Assembly: GCA_030390025.1 (NCBI GenBank)
Contig: CM059433.1
Location: 18,850,001 to 18,914,000, forward strand
Length of the DNA stretch: 64,000 nt
Direction of reading: 5' to 3'
Source: Squalus acanthias
Taxonomy: Eukaryota
Part shown: positions 38,053 through 50,396 of the stretch, one piece after another
Layout: every line of letters begins with the position of its first letter
Position numbering within the stretch: the first letter of the stretch is position 1
The notes under the pieces: generated by a model
Told to the model about the DNA's origin: nothing
The model's input: the letters and a program-made list of their open reading frames with translations, nothing else
Database searches by the model: none
Translations under genes and position numbers: made by a program

Positions 38053-39066
38053 CTAGTCCAGTTGACGAGTCGGATTAAAGACGGGGTTCGAGGGGCTGTT
38101 GTGGAAACCTTGAGGCAACCGGGTCCAAGTGTACTGCTGTCCCTTGTGAGTAAAAGCAAATTTGTACTGGCATTCTTTTGTTAAGGGTATGGACCAAAAT
38201 CCATTACTGATGTCCAGGACAGTAAAGATTTTCGCAGTTGGGGTAAGTTTTGAAGCGGTCTCTGGGGCAGTGGCAACAGTGGGTGCCACGGAAGGCGTAA
38301 CCTTATTCAAGGCTCGGTAATCTATAGTCATTCTCCAGGACATATCGGGTTTTTGAACGGGCCAAATGGGTGAGTTATTGGTAGAAGCAATGGGTCGGAG
38401 CACGCCTTGATTCAAGAGACTGTGAATAATATTGTCTAAGTCCTTTTCTGCCTCTACGGGAATTTTATACTGCTTCTGGGGCGGGGGATCGGGTCCCATG
38501 ATTGAGACTGGTCCTGCCATCCGGCCACACTCGTGTTTGTGGGTGGCAAAAACATTTGAGTTTTGGGTTAAAATATCCTGTATTTCCGGGTCGTCTGTTA
38601 TGGTAGAAGGAACAAAAGTAAAAGTTTTCATGCAGCATACGTGCGCGTCATACGTCCCCGTGGGTATTAACACGTCAACACAAGTTTCGCACATTCTCCA
38701 AATACATCGGTTTACTGGGTCATAAGCCAAATTATATATTCTCATGAAGTCAATACCAATTATTGCCGATTCCCCCTGCATCTGTGGCACCGACAGGCAG
38801 GCATGCTTAAATTTGAAACTTCCCAATTGAATCTCCAATGGCTTAGTGATTGTAGCGGTCTGCCCATGACCGGTAAAGCCACTAAGGAGAATTTCTTGAT
38901 TAGTTAAGTCGTTGTGCGAGAGAGGGTGCTGGTTTCCCAGACAAGTTCTGGATCCGCCTGTGTCCCATAAAAATGTGGTATCGCGACCTCTTACGACACC
39001 TGAGACTATAGGCCATCCATGATTGTCACATCCTGCCTTGCACACGACCTCTGAGGTCAGACCCCG
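38053..39066 (-). pseudogene. ERV pro + N-terminal RT, copy 2
   Basis: Aspartic protease FLWDTGGS. RT truncated at the same point as copy 1. Confidence 0.88.
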
Positions 39067-40780
39067 TCATTGTTGGCCGCCGAGCTTGAGTGCCAGTTGC
39101 TCATAGAAGGGTGCCATTCGCCCGGAGCATCCCACAGCGCCGGACTGGTTACTTCTTTTTGGCGCCTGACACTCCCTTTGCCAATGTCCCATCCTTCCGC
39201 AGTTATAACAGGGTCCCCTTAGTGGTCCATATCCCCTATCTCCCTGGTTTGCTACCGATACCTTGGAGATCCCTTAGTCCTCCATGCTGGTGGGTCATTT
39301 CTATCTGGGCCTGAGCGGAAAGCGTAGATTTTATCTTTTGGTTGGGGAGAAGATTGATTTTGATCGTCCTGCCAAGCCCTGGTCATACGCCTTAAGATCC
39401 AGGCCTCATTATGAGTGTCATCGGTAGGGTCGAAGAGCTTACATGCCCTTTTACCGGAATCGGAGGCATGGGAAATGAGGGATTTAAACCAGGTGGCACG
39501 AAGACCATCATCCAGATTGTCGCGGTTCAATGTTCCCATCAGGTTACAGAAAACCACCCACAAGCGTTCCGCATAAGCGCGGGGGTGTTCTTCGTCACCC
39601 TGTTTAAAGTTTGCTAGTTCCATAACGGGATCCTTGCTGTTAACTCCTGCCGCCTCCTTAATGGCGATCCATATTTCAACTATGGTGCCCTGCCCTGTTC
39701 TCTGGGTTTGGGGCATGGCCCCGAAGATAACGGGTCCCAAACACAAAGTCACTAGTTTCCTCAGCTCTCCCTCATCTAGTCCCTGAGTCTCAGAGGCCTG
39801 GAGAACCGCGGCCTTCCATAATTCAAAATTAATCTTGCCATTGAATTTGGGTACGTTTTTGGCAATATCATTCAATTGGGAGAGTAAAAGGGGTGGCATA
39901 ATTGATGGGTCCGTTGGGCACAGCGTCTACCGCTTGACCGTCGGTCCTTTCCTGTGTCCGAACAGTGACCATAGGGTAGTGGGGGTGGCGGCTCCTCTGG
40001 GGCAGCAAGCCCATCCTCTGGGGCAGTAGGACCTTTATTATTTCTATAGGGTGGCGGGGGATCGTACCATGACGGGTCAGAGGGGCTGTAGTCCCCTTCT
40101 CCTGATCGGTCCCTCTCATAGTTCTGGGCCGCCTCGGCCAGACTTGAGTAGTCGATACCCTCTCCGCCTCCGTTGGAGAAAGCGCATATTATGCCTCTGT
40201 GTGAGGATAATTGTGATTTTAATACTTCTATTTCTTGACGACAGTGGGTATGATCCGTTTTATCGTATTTTTCCCGCTGGTGAGACTGTTGTATGACCTT
40301 GAGGGCTGATTTCAAATCCTGACATTTTTCCTCTAGAGCCCTTGTGGACTCGCCTAGTTGTTCCTGCATTCGGTGTAATTTTTGATTACTTGCTTCGACT
40401 GCAGTCATACTAGAGGCCATATGGAGAGGGTGCACTCTTTCATCACTACATAATTCCTCATTTTCCTTTTGCAAATTTTTAACCTGATTCCGGAGCTGGT
40501 CTAAATCAGACTGCAATTGGTTTTGGGTCTGACCCTGACTGCGTGTTAATGCTCGCTCGCTCATTAGTTCGGAGTAACAGGCGGCCATCAAAAAATATTT
40601 ACCTTTTTTTCGTTTCATTTTTCCCTTTTTATTATTGTGCTCAAAGAAGGTCTGACCTCCTTTGAAACTTGGACCGGCGATTGTCACCGCCCAGTCCTTA
40701 TATTTTCCTACCATTAACTGGTTAAACTGTTCTTCCCAATCCTGGGAGGTCTCCCCTTTAGACGCGTCATGTTCCACCAT
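39067..40780 (-). pseudogene. ERV gag copy 2 (several frameshifts)
   Basis: ORF pieces 39872-40780 and 39252-39899 match copy 1 gag. Confidence 0.82.
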
Positions 40781-40947
40781 AGTTACTGCTTTAAAACCTT
40801 ATCCGACTCTAACAGATATTCCTTATCCGACTCTAACAGATATTCCTTATCCGACTCTAACAGATATTGTCTGTCGCTTGTTCAGCCCCTTACTGTGGTA
40901 TATTTTGTCCAAACCAAAGTTCTAAAGTCCCATCTGGGCTCGCCAAT

Positions 40948-41617
40948 TGTTGCTCCGAATTCGCTAGATGTTTGAAAGATCGAACAAATAGGTTAGCAAC
41001 TTTTCCTTTTCGGGTTCAAATGTAAGTTTGGTCTGAACAAACACACAGGCAACAGATTTCGTGTACAAAGATTTATCTTTAATAAATGCTTAACAAACAC
41101 CGTTCGTAGTTTAAAGTACAATTCCAAAATATAAGACTCACAACTTATATTGATATTACCCGATTTGGTCCGAGGCGATCAATCTCTGTCCAAACCTCTA
41201 CGTAGGGTGTCTGTTCCCAGGTCCCTGCTGTCCAGTGTTGCTCCCAGGTTCTCGTTGCTAGGTTCTCGCTGCCTATCTGGGGTTTTTTCCTCCTGGTTTA
41301 TACCATTCTATAATCTGTCCCATCTCTTTGGTTACACATTTGTTCCCTCTTTCCTGTGTCCTGATGATTAGTTTATCCTATTCTACAACCTGTCCCATCT
41401 CCTTGATTAGTTTACGTCTGTCTTCATCCATTTTCTTTAATTGACCCATTGTTTGTTAACTGGTGTCTGTAGTGACCTCACCCGTGTCTGACGAGGTTAC
41501 CTATGAGCCCTCTGTTTCAGAACATTACTGAACCTCTGCATTATTTATCCACTGTCCCTTACACATGGTGACTCCTTCATTTTATTTCAGTTTTACACTA
41601 CTTCTTCCATTTCCACA
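40948..41617 (-). repeat. ERV 5' LTR
   Basis: Matches the other two LTRs, lies next to the PBS, ends at the TSD. Confidence 0.92.
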
Positions 41618-42310
41618 CGGGGGAGTCCAGAACCAGAGGTCACAGTCTAAGGATAAGGGGTAAGCCATTTAGGACTGAGATGAGGAGGAATTTCTTCACC
41701 TAGAGAGTTGTGAACCTGTGGAATTCTCTACCACAGAAGGCAGTTGAGGCCAATTCATTAAACATATTCAAGAAGGAGTTAGATATATTACTTAAGGCTA
41801 AAGGGATCAAGGGATATGGGGAGAAAGCAGGGACAGGGTACTGAATTTGGATGATCAGCCATGATCTCATTAAATGGCGGAGCAGGCTCGAGGGGCCGAA
41901 TGGCCTACTCCTGCTCCTATCTTCTATGCTTCTATGTTCTGAATATATCCCATTTAGCACGGTGGTGGGTCTGTCCTGCCGGTGGGACAGGACATACTCA
42001 GGGATGGTGATGGAGGAGTCTGAGATGTTGGCTGAAAGATAAGATTCTGTGAGTCTAACTATGTGAGACTGTTGCTTGACTAGTCTGTGGGGCAGCTCTC
42101 CCAATATTGACACAAATCCCACGATGTTAGTGAGGAGGATCTTGTCGTGTCCAAATCCAGTGCCTAGGTCGATGCTGGGTGGTCCGTTCGGTTACTACTG
42201 AGTGGTTTTCTACGCTATTTCAGAGAGCAGTTAAGAGTCAACCACATTGCTGTGGATCTGGAGTCACATATAGGCCAGACCGGGTAAGGACTGCAGGTTT
42301 CCTTCCCTAA

Positions 42311-43411
42311 AGTGTAACATATCAAAATTTGCAGATGATACAAAGATGGGAGGGAAAGTAGTGAGTGAGGAGGACATAAAAAACCTGCAAGGGGACATAG
42401 ACAGGCTAAGTAAGTGGGCAGAGATTTGGCAGATGGAATACAACACTGGAAAGTGTGAGGTGATGCACTTTGGCAAGAAAAATCCTAGAGCAATTTATTA
42501 TCTTAATGGCAAGAAACTGGAGAGTACTGAAGTGCAAAGGGATCTGGGGGTCCTGGTGCACGAAACTCAAAAGGTTAGTATGCAGGTGCAGCAAGTGATT
42601 AAGAAGGCAAATGGAATGTTGGCTTTCATTGCTAGGGGGATAGAATATAAAAATAGGGAGGTATTGCTTCAGTTGTACAAGGTATTGGTGAGACCGCACC
42701 TGGAATACTGCATACAGTTTTGGTGTCCTTACTTAAGGAAAGACATCCTTGCTCTCGAGGCAGTGCAAAAAAGGTTCACTCGGTTAATCCCGGGGATGAG
42801 GGGGTGGTCATATGAGGAGAGGTTGGGTAGATTGGGACTCTACTCATTGGAGTTCAGAAGAATGAGAGGCGATCTTATTGAAACATATAAGATTGTGAAG
42901 GGGTTGGATCGGGTGGATGCGGGGAGGATGTTCCCGATGACGGGTGAGACGAGAACTAGGGGACATAGTCTTAGAATAAGGGGCTGCTCTTTCAAAACTG
43001 AGATGAGGAGGAACTACTTCACTCAGAGGGTGGTAGGTCCATGGAATATGCTGCCACAAAAAGCTGTAGAAGCTACAACATTAATTAAATTTAAAACAGA
43101 AATAGACAGTTTCCTAGAAGTAAAGGGCATTAAGGGTTACGGGGAGCGGGCAGGAATTTGGACATGAGTCTAGGTTCGGATCGGTCATGGCCCTGTGGGT
43201 AGTGGAGCGGGCCCAGGGACTGTGTAGCCTGATTCTGCTCCTATTTCGTGTGTGCAATTCTGTTAGATGCAGGAGATGGTTCTGTGATAGATAGTAGATT
43301 GGCGGTTAGGATCAGATCAGCCATGATCTTATTGAATGGCGGAGCAGGCTCGAGGGGCCGATTGGCCTACTCCTGCTCCTATTTCTTATGTTCTTATGTT
43401 CTTATGTTCTT
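42311..43411 (+). mobile_element. CR1 LINE 3' part (ORF 42346-43167) with two successive 3'UTR-like ends
   Basis: KFADDTK...LQGDIDRL..W...RPHLEYC...RGH. (TTCTTATG)n tail at ~43383-43411. Confidence 0.9.
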
Positions 43412-44460
43412 AAAGGATTTTAGTGAACCAGTTGGGTTTTTATGACAATTTTTACAAGAATGACCTACAGGATAGGCATATGTCAGACATTCTGCCCGTG
43501 CTCCTTCAACCCTGTCAAAAACAATTCCAGTGTTATAAATCACATAGCCTTTAATGAAGATTTGTATAAATTAACTTTCCCTCAAACTCACAGTTTGTGT
43601 TGACTGAACTAATCACTGTTCTTGAGGAAACGAGATAAATGTTGCCATTTTTAAATAAGCATTCTAGGGTTTGTATGATTACTGGAAAAAATCAGTTGCC
43701 TTTCTTTCCTAGGCAAAGGGCTGGTACTTTCTTGGACAATGGTTTTAGTTAATCCAACATTACAGAACATTTATTCCATACTTTGGACGATTTACACTTG
43801 CTCTCAACCTTTTAAATAAATGTAAAGGGGCCTTTTCTTGGGATGAAAACTTCATGTCCCGTTGTCTCAGTGTGGGCTGTACTGTAGGATTGGGTTTCTT
43901 TACTTCCAGTAGTGGGTCTATCTTGGCCGAGCCTGCTGCTCCAACCAACTCTGCCATCCAACATGGAGCAGGAGACAAAAGTAATGGAGCTTATTTTGAA
44001 GCTCAACGTTTCAAGAAAACCATACAACTCCTAAAGAATCACTTAGGCACCAGTCCTGTTCACCAGAAAATAAGTCAACCATTCAAAATAGCAAAACAAA
44101 ATTCCCCCCCCACCCCCCACCATTGAATTACTGTAGATCCAATAGTGAGCAGAGAGTCAGTTTTGGTGTACCATATCCCACTTATCCAATTTAACTGTGG
44201 GTGGCTGCGCCCAAGCTCAGCTCTCCGCGTTGGTCCATCTGAGCAAAGAGCTGGAATTGAACCTGCTAAAAGCATGGTTTATGGACGATATAACTGGTCT
44301 ACTTCAATGCTTGTCCACTTAGTTTCACCCCTAGCCATCAGAGCTGGCACATGATGGGTCACCTGCAACCAAAGTTAAGAAAAGAAAAGAAAAAATCAGC
44401 CATCCAACGACAGGTCTCCTCCAAGTTCTGTTATTGAGTGAGTCTGGCTACTCAACGAGT

Positions 44461-45370
44461 CATGATGCGGAGATGCCGGTGTTGGACTGGGTGGACAAAA
44501 TTGAGAGGTCGCACAACACCAGGTTATAGTCCAAGGGGTAAAAATTGAGTCGCGCCCCATTTGGGGCGCTAACCTCGCCGGGGCGCGACTTTTAGCGCCC
44601 CGAAAAAATTAGCGGCCCCGCGCCGGAACTTCAGTGGTTGCGCCCCAAGAGGGAAGCGGGGCGCAACTGGAAGCACCCCGCATCCCTCTTGGGGCGCTGC
44701 GAGTGAATATCCTGGCGCTACGTGCCGCAGCGCCACGCGCTGCGGCACGTCGCGCCACGGTATTGCAGGCCTTCCTCCCCTTCTTAAAGGGGAGGGGCCT
44801 TGCGCAGCGCGAACCGGGGCCCAGCTGGGCTCCCAGGGATCGGGAGTGCCGGCAAAAGAGCCCGGCACTCAAGAGAAGTGCCGGGCTCTTGGAGCGCAGC
44901 CGGCACTTCACGGTGGGGGGGCTTCACGGGGGCCGGGGACAGCAACGGGGGCAGGTGCTGGCAGGCGGCCAGCAACAAAAATGGCCGCCTGCCACCTCCC
45001 CTTTAAATATCGCCGCCCCGGCCGCACGTACGCCCCCCTGAACCCGTCGGACATAGCGTCTGGCGGTAAATCAGGGGGCGCGACTGAAGATCACGGCCGG
45101 GGCGCGAGCGGGGCGCTGCGCACGGCGATGACGTCATCGCCGGCGGCGCAGCGCCACAGGGCGCTACCGGCTGCCGCCGCCGCTAACCTCCCACTAAATT
45201 TTTCGGGAGGCGTGGGCGGCGCTGCGCCCGGGCGTTAGCTGCTTTACGCCCCATTAGCGCCCATTTAAGGCGCTAACGGGAGGCGCAAGCAGCTGAATTT
45301 TCCCCCCCAACAGTTTTATTCAAATAAAACTGTTGGACTATAACCTGGTGTTGTGCGACCTCTCAATTTT
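44461..45370. mobile_element. Short hairpin-forming insertion with a 12-bp TSD, itself interrupted by a MITE
   Basis: TSD TACTCAACGAGT (44449-44460/45371-45382). About 48-bp perfect inverted arms once the MITE is removed. Confidence 0.75.
44535..45307. mobile_element. GC/CpG-rich Harbinger-type MITE
   Basis: TIRs GGGGTAAAAATT / AATTTTCCCCCC, 3-bp TSD CAA. Confidence 0.78.
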
Positions 45371-46779
45371 TACTCAACGAGTGCCCAATTTGTCCCATCA
45401 CAGAAGCCAAAGAATGCAACCTGACCAATGCATAGAACTCAGTGCTTATATTTTACTTTAGAATGGACAAAGGAAACTGAAGTTAGACGCACCCCGCCAC
45501 CCCCCCGCCACCCTCCCGCCAGCACCCCCCCCCCCCGCCCCCCCGCCCCACCCCACCCCCAAAGAATCTGCCTCAGCTTCCTCCAGGTGTCTGTTCAGGC
45601 CCCGATACTGCAGTCAGACAAAACCTACATAATTTAGAGTCAATGAAGCCAAACCATTTCAACACTACAGAGTGAATACACCCAAGGAGGGATATAAGAT
45701 AGAAAGGGGAATTGAACAGGTTAATCCTGAGCACTATTAAGCCACAGGACAACGAGGCATAAGGAGAAACTAGTAAAAAGGGATGTAGACTCTAAAACAA
45801 AGGGTTTAGAAGAGATATCACTCCACACCTGGAATGATCCTAGGAAAAACAATGGAAGCAAAAACTCTGCAATCACTCAGTAAGCAGTTAGACCACATGA
45901 GGGGGGTTGCAGGTTTCTATAGAAAGATAAGCCAAACATGCCAATTCAATTCTTATTTATTTTTAGTACACTTGCCATTATCCATCATTAATAACTCATT
46001 TACCGTGATTCTAATTTACATTAGAAACTCCATTCATGGACCTTAATGTCTTCAAAGATGACCCAATTCATCACGACCTGGTTATCTGCTGCTACTATGG
46101 TCTATGCTTGCAGCTGCCCTTACGTGGGCAATGGATGTATAGCAGTTTGATGCACATAAATCTTCGTTCTGCCTATATTGATGTGATGCCAGCATGAAAC
46201 CATTTTTCCAAACAAACTTAACATAGAATATCCCTGGGGAATTTGGGCCCAAAGCACAAACAGCCTGACTTCAACATTAATTTGGCACCTTCTTTCAGGG
46301 AAGAGAGCATGGTGATTGGTGTGGGGAACAGGAGGGTCATACGTGGGCATTTGCCAAGATGTTGATCTGAATTTAAGTTTACGGCATATTGTGGGGAAAG
46401 TGAGTAGCTGACTGAGAACTCCATCCGCCCCATTCTCTCCCTACCCTCAGGGTGATTGGTACCACATGAATACACAGCTAAAGGAAGTCCCACTCCTCAG
46501 TGCATCCTTCACTTTGTAGTTATGTCAAGTGAATCTGAAACTACAACCTCTCCCTCCCACGGGGAGCCTGTGGCAGATTTTAACCATCATTCATCAAAGC
46601 CTTTTTGCTGTGGGTTTCAGTGACCCAGCTGATAAAGCAGGATTGCACACAGATTTCGACGTAGAATCTCAATCTGCTCCTGCATCGAATTTCAGGAAAA
46701 GGATTAATTTCTGCTCAAGTTGCCTCTTCGTAGGCGGACTCAGCATCAGGACTCTGAGCCCGGGGATAAATCTGTTACA

Positions 46780-48070
46780 ATAGATCAGCATCTGCGGAGA
46801 GAACAGGCGAGTTACCATTTTGGCTGTAGACCTTTCATCAGCAAGGGAAGGATTTACAGATGAACCACATTTAAAAGCACACACCTCAAGAGACAGAATG
46901 GTCTGTTAAGTGCTTAAAGGCAGGAGATGGTCAAATGTCTGAAGTAATATTAACACGAGGCAATAGGAGGTCAGTGAAATGCAGTTAGACATTTGAGACA
47001 GAACATGTGAATAGCTAAAGCACGGGGGATTTGGTGGGTAAAAATGGAAGCACAAAGAAACCTGGTAAAAATGAAGCAGGATCCAGTGGCCCAGGAACCA
47101 GAGCAAATAGAAGTGGGGGTCATAGGGCTGCACTGTGCCCTTGAAACAGTGTAGAGACCAAATTAGAGATCAGATCAGGATGGCAATTGAAGTGACAAAT
47201 GGCAGGTATCTCCTTGTAGCACACAGACAGGACATGGATCTTTGGCAAAGTACTTACCTAACCTGCATTTGTTCTCCCCTCTATGAGCTATGAATACAGA
47301 ATGTGCTAGTTTGGAGGAAGAAGATGTAAATCTCTGTCTCACCCAGAGCACTGAACAGCAGTGTAGTAGGAGGTGAATTGAAAGGTATGACATCTTCTGT
47401 GCTTTCATAGGAATATACTAGGGAAGGAGAGTAGATGCTAGGTGTGATGGAAGAATGAATTAGGTATACCTGCGGAAAGTGTTAGGGAGAGATCATCTAA
47501 TTGATGGGATCATGTTGGAGGGGTGGAGTATGATCTCTCTAATATGGAAGTTGGTGGAGACAAAGAGGACCCCAACATGTTTGTGTTGATGGGTGCAGGT
47601 GGGGGGGGGGAGGGAATGATTAATGGCAGAGGCACAGAGAATGCAACAGACCCGCTCAAGGGTCCTGTCTACCACAGTGAAGGGGAATCCTCAAGTGAGG
47701 AGAAAGGAAACATTTCAGAGGTTCTGATGTGGACAATGGCATCAGAGCAGATACGACGTGGATGGAGAAAAGGAATGACGTCCTTACAGGCAGTGGGGGT
47801 GGAAGTGTAATCCAGGTTGTTGTGGGAGTTGGTGATCTTGAAAGATGTCAGTGGAAAACCAATCCTGAAGATAGAGTGAAGTCCAGGGAGAGAAGTCAGA
47901 TGTTCCACAGAAGGGGAAGGGAGGGGAGGAAATTTGAAGCTCAGTTAATTAAATTCTCTAGATCAGGTTGAGAGTGGGAAACAGGAATAGTTAACATAAC
48001 AGGAGGAAAAAATCAGGGAGGGGACCTGCGATTTGAAAGAAAAATGTGCTCAACATAATCTACAAAAAGA
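46780..48070 (-). mobile_element. Old degraded Penelope-like element
   Basis: LDYTS.PTACKDVIPF...RRICSD is homologous to ORF 26371-28038. A terminal motif near 46790-46840 resembles 26030-26090. Confidence 0.7.
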
Positions 48071-49129
48071 CAGCTGAGCTGAAAATTAGCTAACTCCCCA
48101 CAGACCATGTACGGAACCTGGGACTATCCTGGTTTGTCCATCTCCGGTCCAGACTGAAGCAACTTGCTGTGCCTTCGAGGCAGCTTATTATCTATTTTGT
48201 CCATTTGTGATGCCCTTAAAGATAAATTGAAGAATGTTACCAAATTATTTCATAGCAAGTGCTTCAAAGCAATTTAGGAGACATTTGGTATGGGTCATTA
48301 GTTGTATTATGACCCTTCCTGCATGCAACTGTATCCTTACAAGCTACACTGCATAGTGTCCATTCCAATCCAGTTCCCCAATCAGTACTTCCTGAACATG
48401 CTGTTTTTTATCAAAAAGGAAATTGTTACAGCTAGAATATAAATTGGATCATTTTGTGGCAAGTTAGTGAGTCAAAAGAGAAACCAAGCAAAGCAGAAAA
48501 TTAGAGACAATTACAAAACATGGTTTCTTTGAATCATGTTCCTGCACCATGACTGCATGAATTTATCCCTTTGGTAGGTCATGTCAGAAGTTACATTGCT
48601 GTTCAACTTATTACATTTTAAATCCATTGCTATGCATTTGTCCTGATCTGGATGTTGCTAAAAGCAAAATACTGCAGATGCTGGAAATATTTTTTTTAAA
48701 TGTTGGATGCACACAGCTCAGTTAGCATCTGTGCAGAGAACAGCCCTGTAAATGTTTTAGGTACAGAGCCTTCGAAACTACAAGAGGCAGACAGGCATAT
48801 TAATGCAATAAACACAGAGAGGGTGGAAAGAGATACAAACTGCAAGAGGAATTGAGCGGAAAGATATAACAGATCATGTCAGTGGAAGCAATGGACAGAA
48901 GTGTTAAAGAAAGTGTGCAAGTAGCGAAGGAAGTCAAAGGCCTGAGGAACGACAATAAAATGGGCAAGGAGGAAAACATACGACCTTCCCACTCTCACCT
49001 CTCGTTGGCCTTGTCCACTGTTCCAACAAAGCTCAGCTCAAGGTTCAAGAACAATCTTATCGTTCTCTTAGTCCCTTCAACCTCTGGTCTGAGGGTTGAC
49101 TTCAGTCTTATCATCTAATAGAGAGATTT

Positions 49130-49395
49130 AAGGGACCAAGGGATCACTAAAAGCTAGTGGACAGGTACAAAAAATAATTTAAAAGGCTAATGATATGTTG
49201 GCCTTTATCTCATGAGGGCTGGAATATAAAGGGGTGTATACAGTTATATAAAGCTCTGGTTAGTCTCCATTTAGAGTACTGCGGTCAGATCTGGTTACTG
49301 CACCTCAGGAAGGACTTGGAGGGGGTGCAGCGCAGATTCACCAGAATGATGCTGGGGCTAAAAGGTTAAATTATGAGAACAGGTTGCATAGACTT
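49130..49395 (+). mobile_element. CR1 fragment
   Basis: AAGGCTAAT...TTGGCCTTTAT...GAGTACTGCG...GGGGGTGCAGCGCAGATTCACCAGAATGAT. Confidence 0.7.
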
Positions 49396-49469
49396 TTATG
49401 GGCAGTCTCCATTACGGGTTTGGGCACGGGAATTTACAGTAGGAAAGGTTGAGCGGGAGTGCATGCAAA

Positions 49470-49822
49470 GCCGTGGCTCTGGGTAGCACTCTCTCGCCTA
49501 TGAATCAGAATGTCCTAGGTTCAAGCCCTGCTCCAGAAACCTGAGTCCCATAATCCAGGCCGACACTCCCAGTGCCAGTACTGAGGGAGTGCTGCACTGT
49601 CTGAGGGGGCAGTACTGAGAGAGTGCTGCACTGTCTGAGGGGGCAATTCTGAAGGAGTGCTGCACTGTCTGAGGGGGCAGTACTGAGGGAGCGCCGCACT
49701 GTCGGAGGGGCAGTACTGAGGGAGTGCTGCACTGTCGGAGGGGCAGTACTGAGGGAGTGTCGGGGTGTCAGTACTGAGGGAGCGCCGCACTGTCGGAGGG
49801 GCAGTACTGAGGGAGTGCTGCA
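49470..49822 (+). repeat. SINE head expanded into a ~31-bp tandem minisatellite that runs into the gap
   Basis: Repeated GCAGTACTGAGGGAGTGCTGCACTGTCNGAGGG follows the B-box GGTTCAAGCC. Confidence 0.85.
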
Positions 49823-50323
49823 ANNNNNNNNNNNNNNNNNNNNNNNNNNNNNNNNNNNNNNNNNNNNNNNNNNNNNNNNNNNNNNNNNNNNNNNNNNNNN
49901 NNNNNNNNNNNNNNNNNNNNNNNNNNNNNNNNNNNNNNNNNNNNNNNNNNNNNNNNNNNNNNNNNNNNNNNNNNNNNNNNNNNNNNNNNNNNNNNNNNNN
50001 NNNNNNNNNNNNNNNNNNNNNNNNNNNNNNNNNNNNNNNNNNNNNNNNNNNNNNNNNNNNNNNNNNNNNNNNNNNNNNNNNNNNNNNNNNNNNNNNNNNN
50101 NNNNNNNNNNNNNNNNNNNNNNNNNNNNNNNNNNNNNNNNNNNNNNNNNNNNNNNNNNNNNNNNNNNNNNNNNNNNNNNNNNNNNNNNNNNNNNNNNNNN
50201 NNNNNNNNNNNNNNNNNNNNNNNNNNNNNNNNNNNNNNNNNNNNNNNNNNNNNNNNNNNNNNNNNNNNNNNNNNNNNNNNNNNNNNNNNNNNNNNNNNNN
50301 NNNNNNNNNNNNNNNNNNNNNNN
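49823..50323. other. Assembly gap (N run), followed by poly-C at ~50324-50435
   Basis: Seen directly in the sequence. Confidence 0.99.

Positions 50324-50396
<73 letters not shown>

Larger units (their letters stand above)
25792..41617 (-). mobile_element. Tandem endogenous retrovirus (3 LTRs, 2 internal regions), lokiretrovirus-like
   Basis: TG...CA ends with a single TSD CGGG (25788-25791/41618-41621). Repeat unit about 6.4 kb, each with PBS, gag, pro-partial RT, env and PPT. Confidence 0.92.
25490..41936 (+). mobile_element. CR1 3' fragment split by the ERV (25490-25791 + 41618-41936)
   Basis: LVRPHLEYCVQFW... on the left. ATGTTCCCGATGGCGGG|GGAGTCCAGAACCAGAGG rejoins across the provirus. 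Confidence 0.88.

Noticed and set aside
44569..45238. Overlapping GC-rich ORFs
   Set aside because: Stop-poor GC-rich MITE sequence with no recognisable domain.
48430..48580. Candidate GSTA promoter (TATAAA ~48438, TGAGTCA ~48468)
   Set aside because: The AP-1 site is downstream of the TATA, there is no full ARE (TGACnnnGC), and short motifs are expected by chance.
49576..49822. CRISPR-like repeat array
   Set aside because: Repeats are contiguous with no unique spacers, derive from a SINE, and the DNA is eukaryotic.
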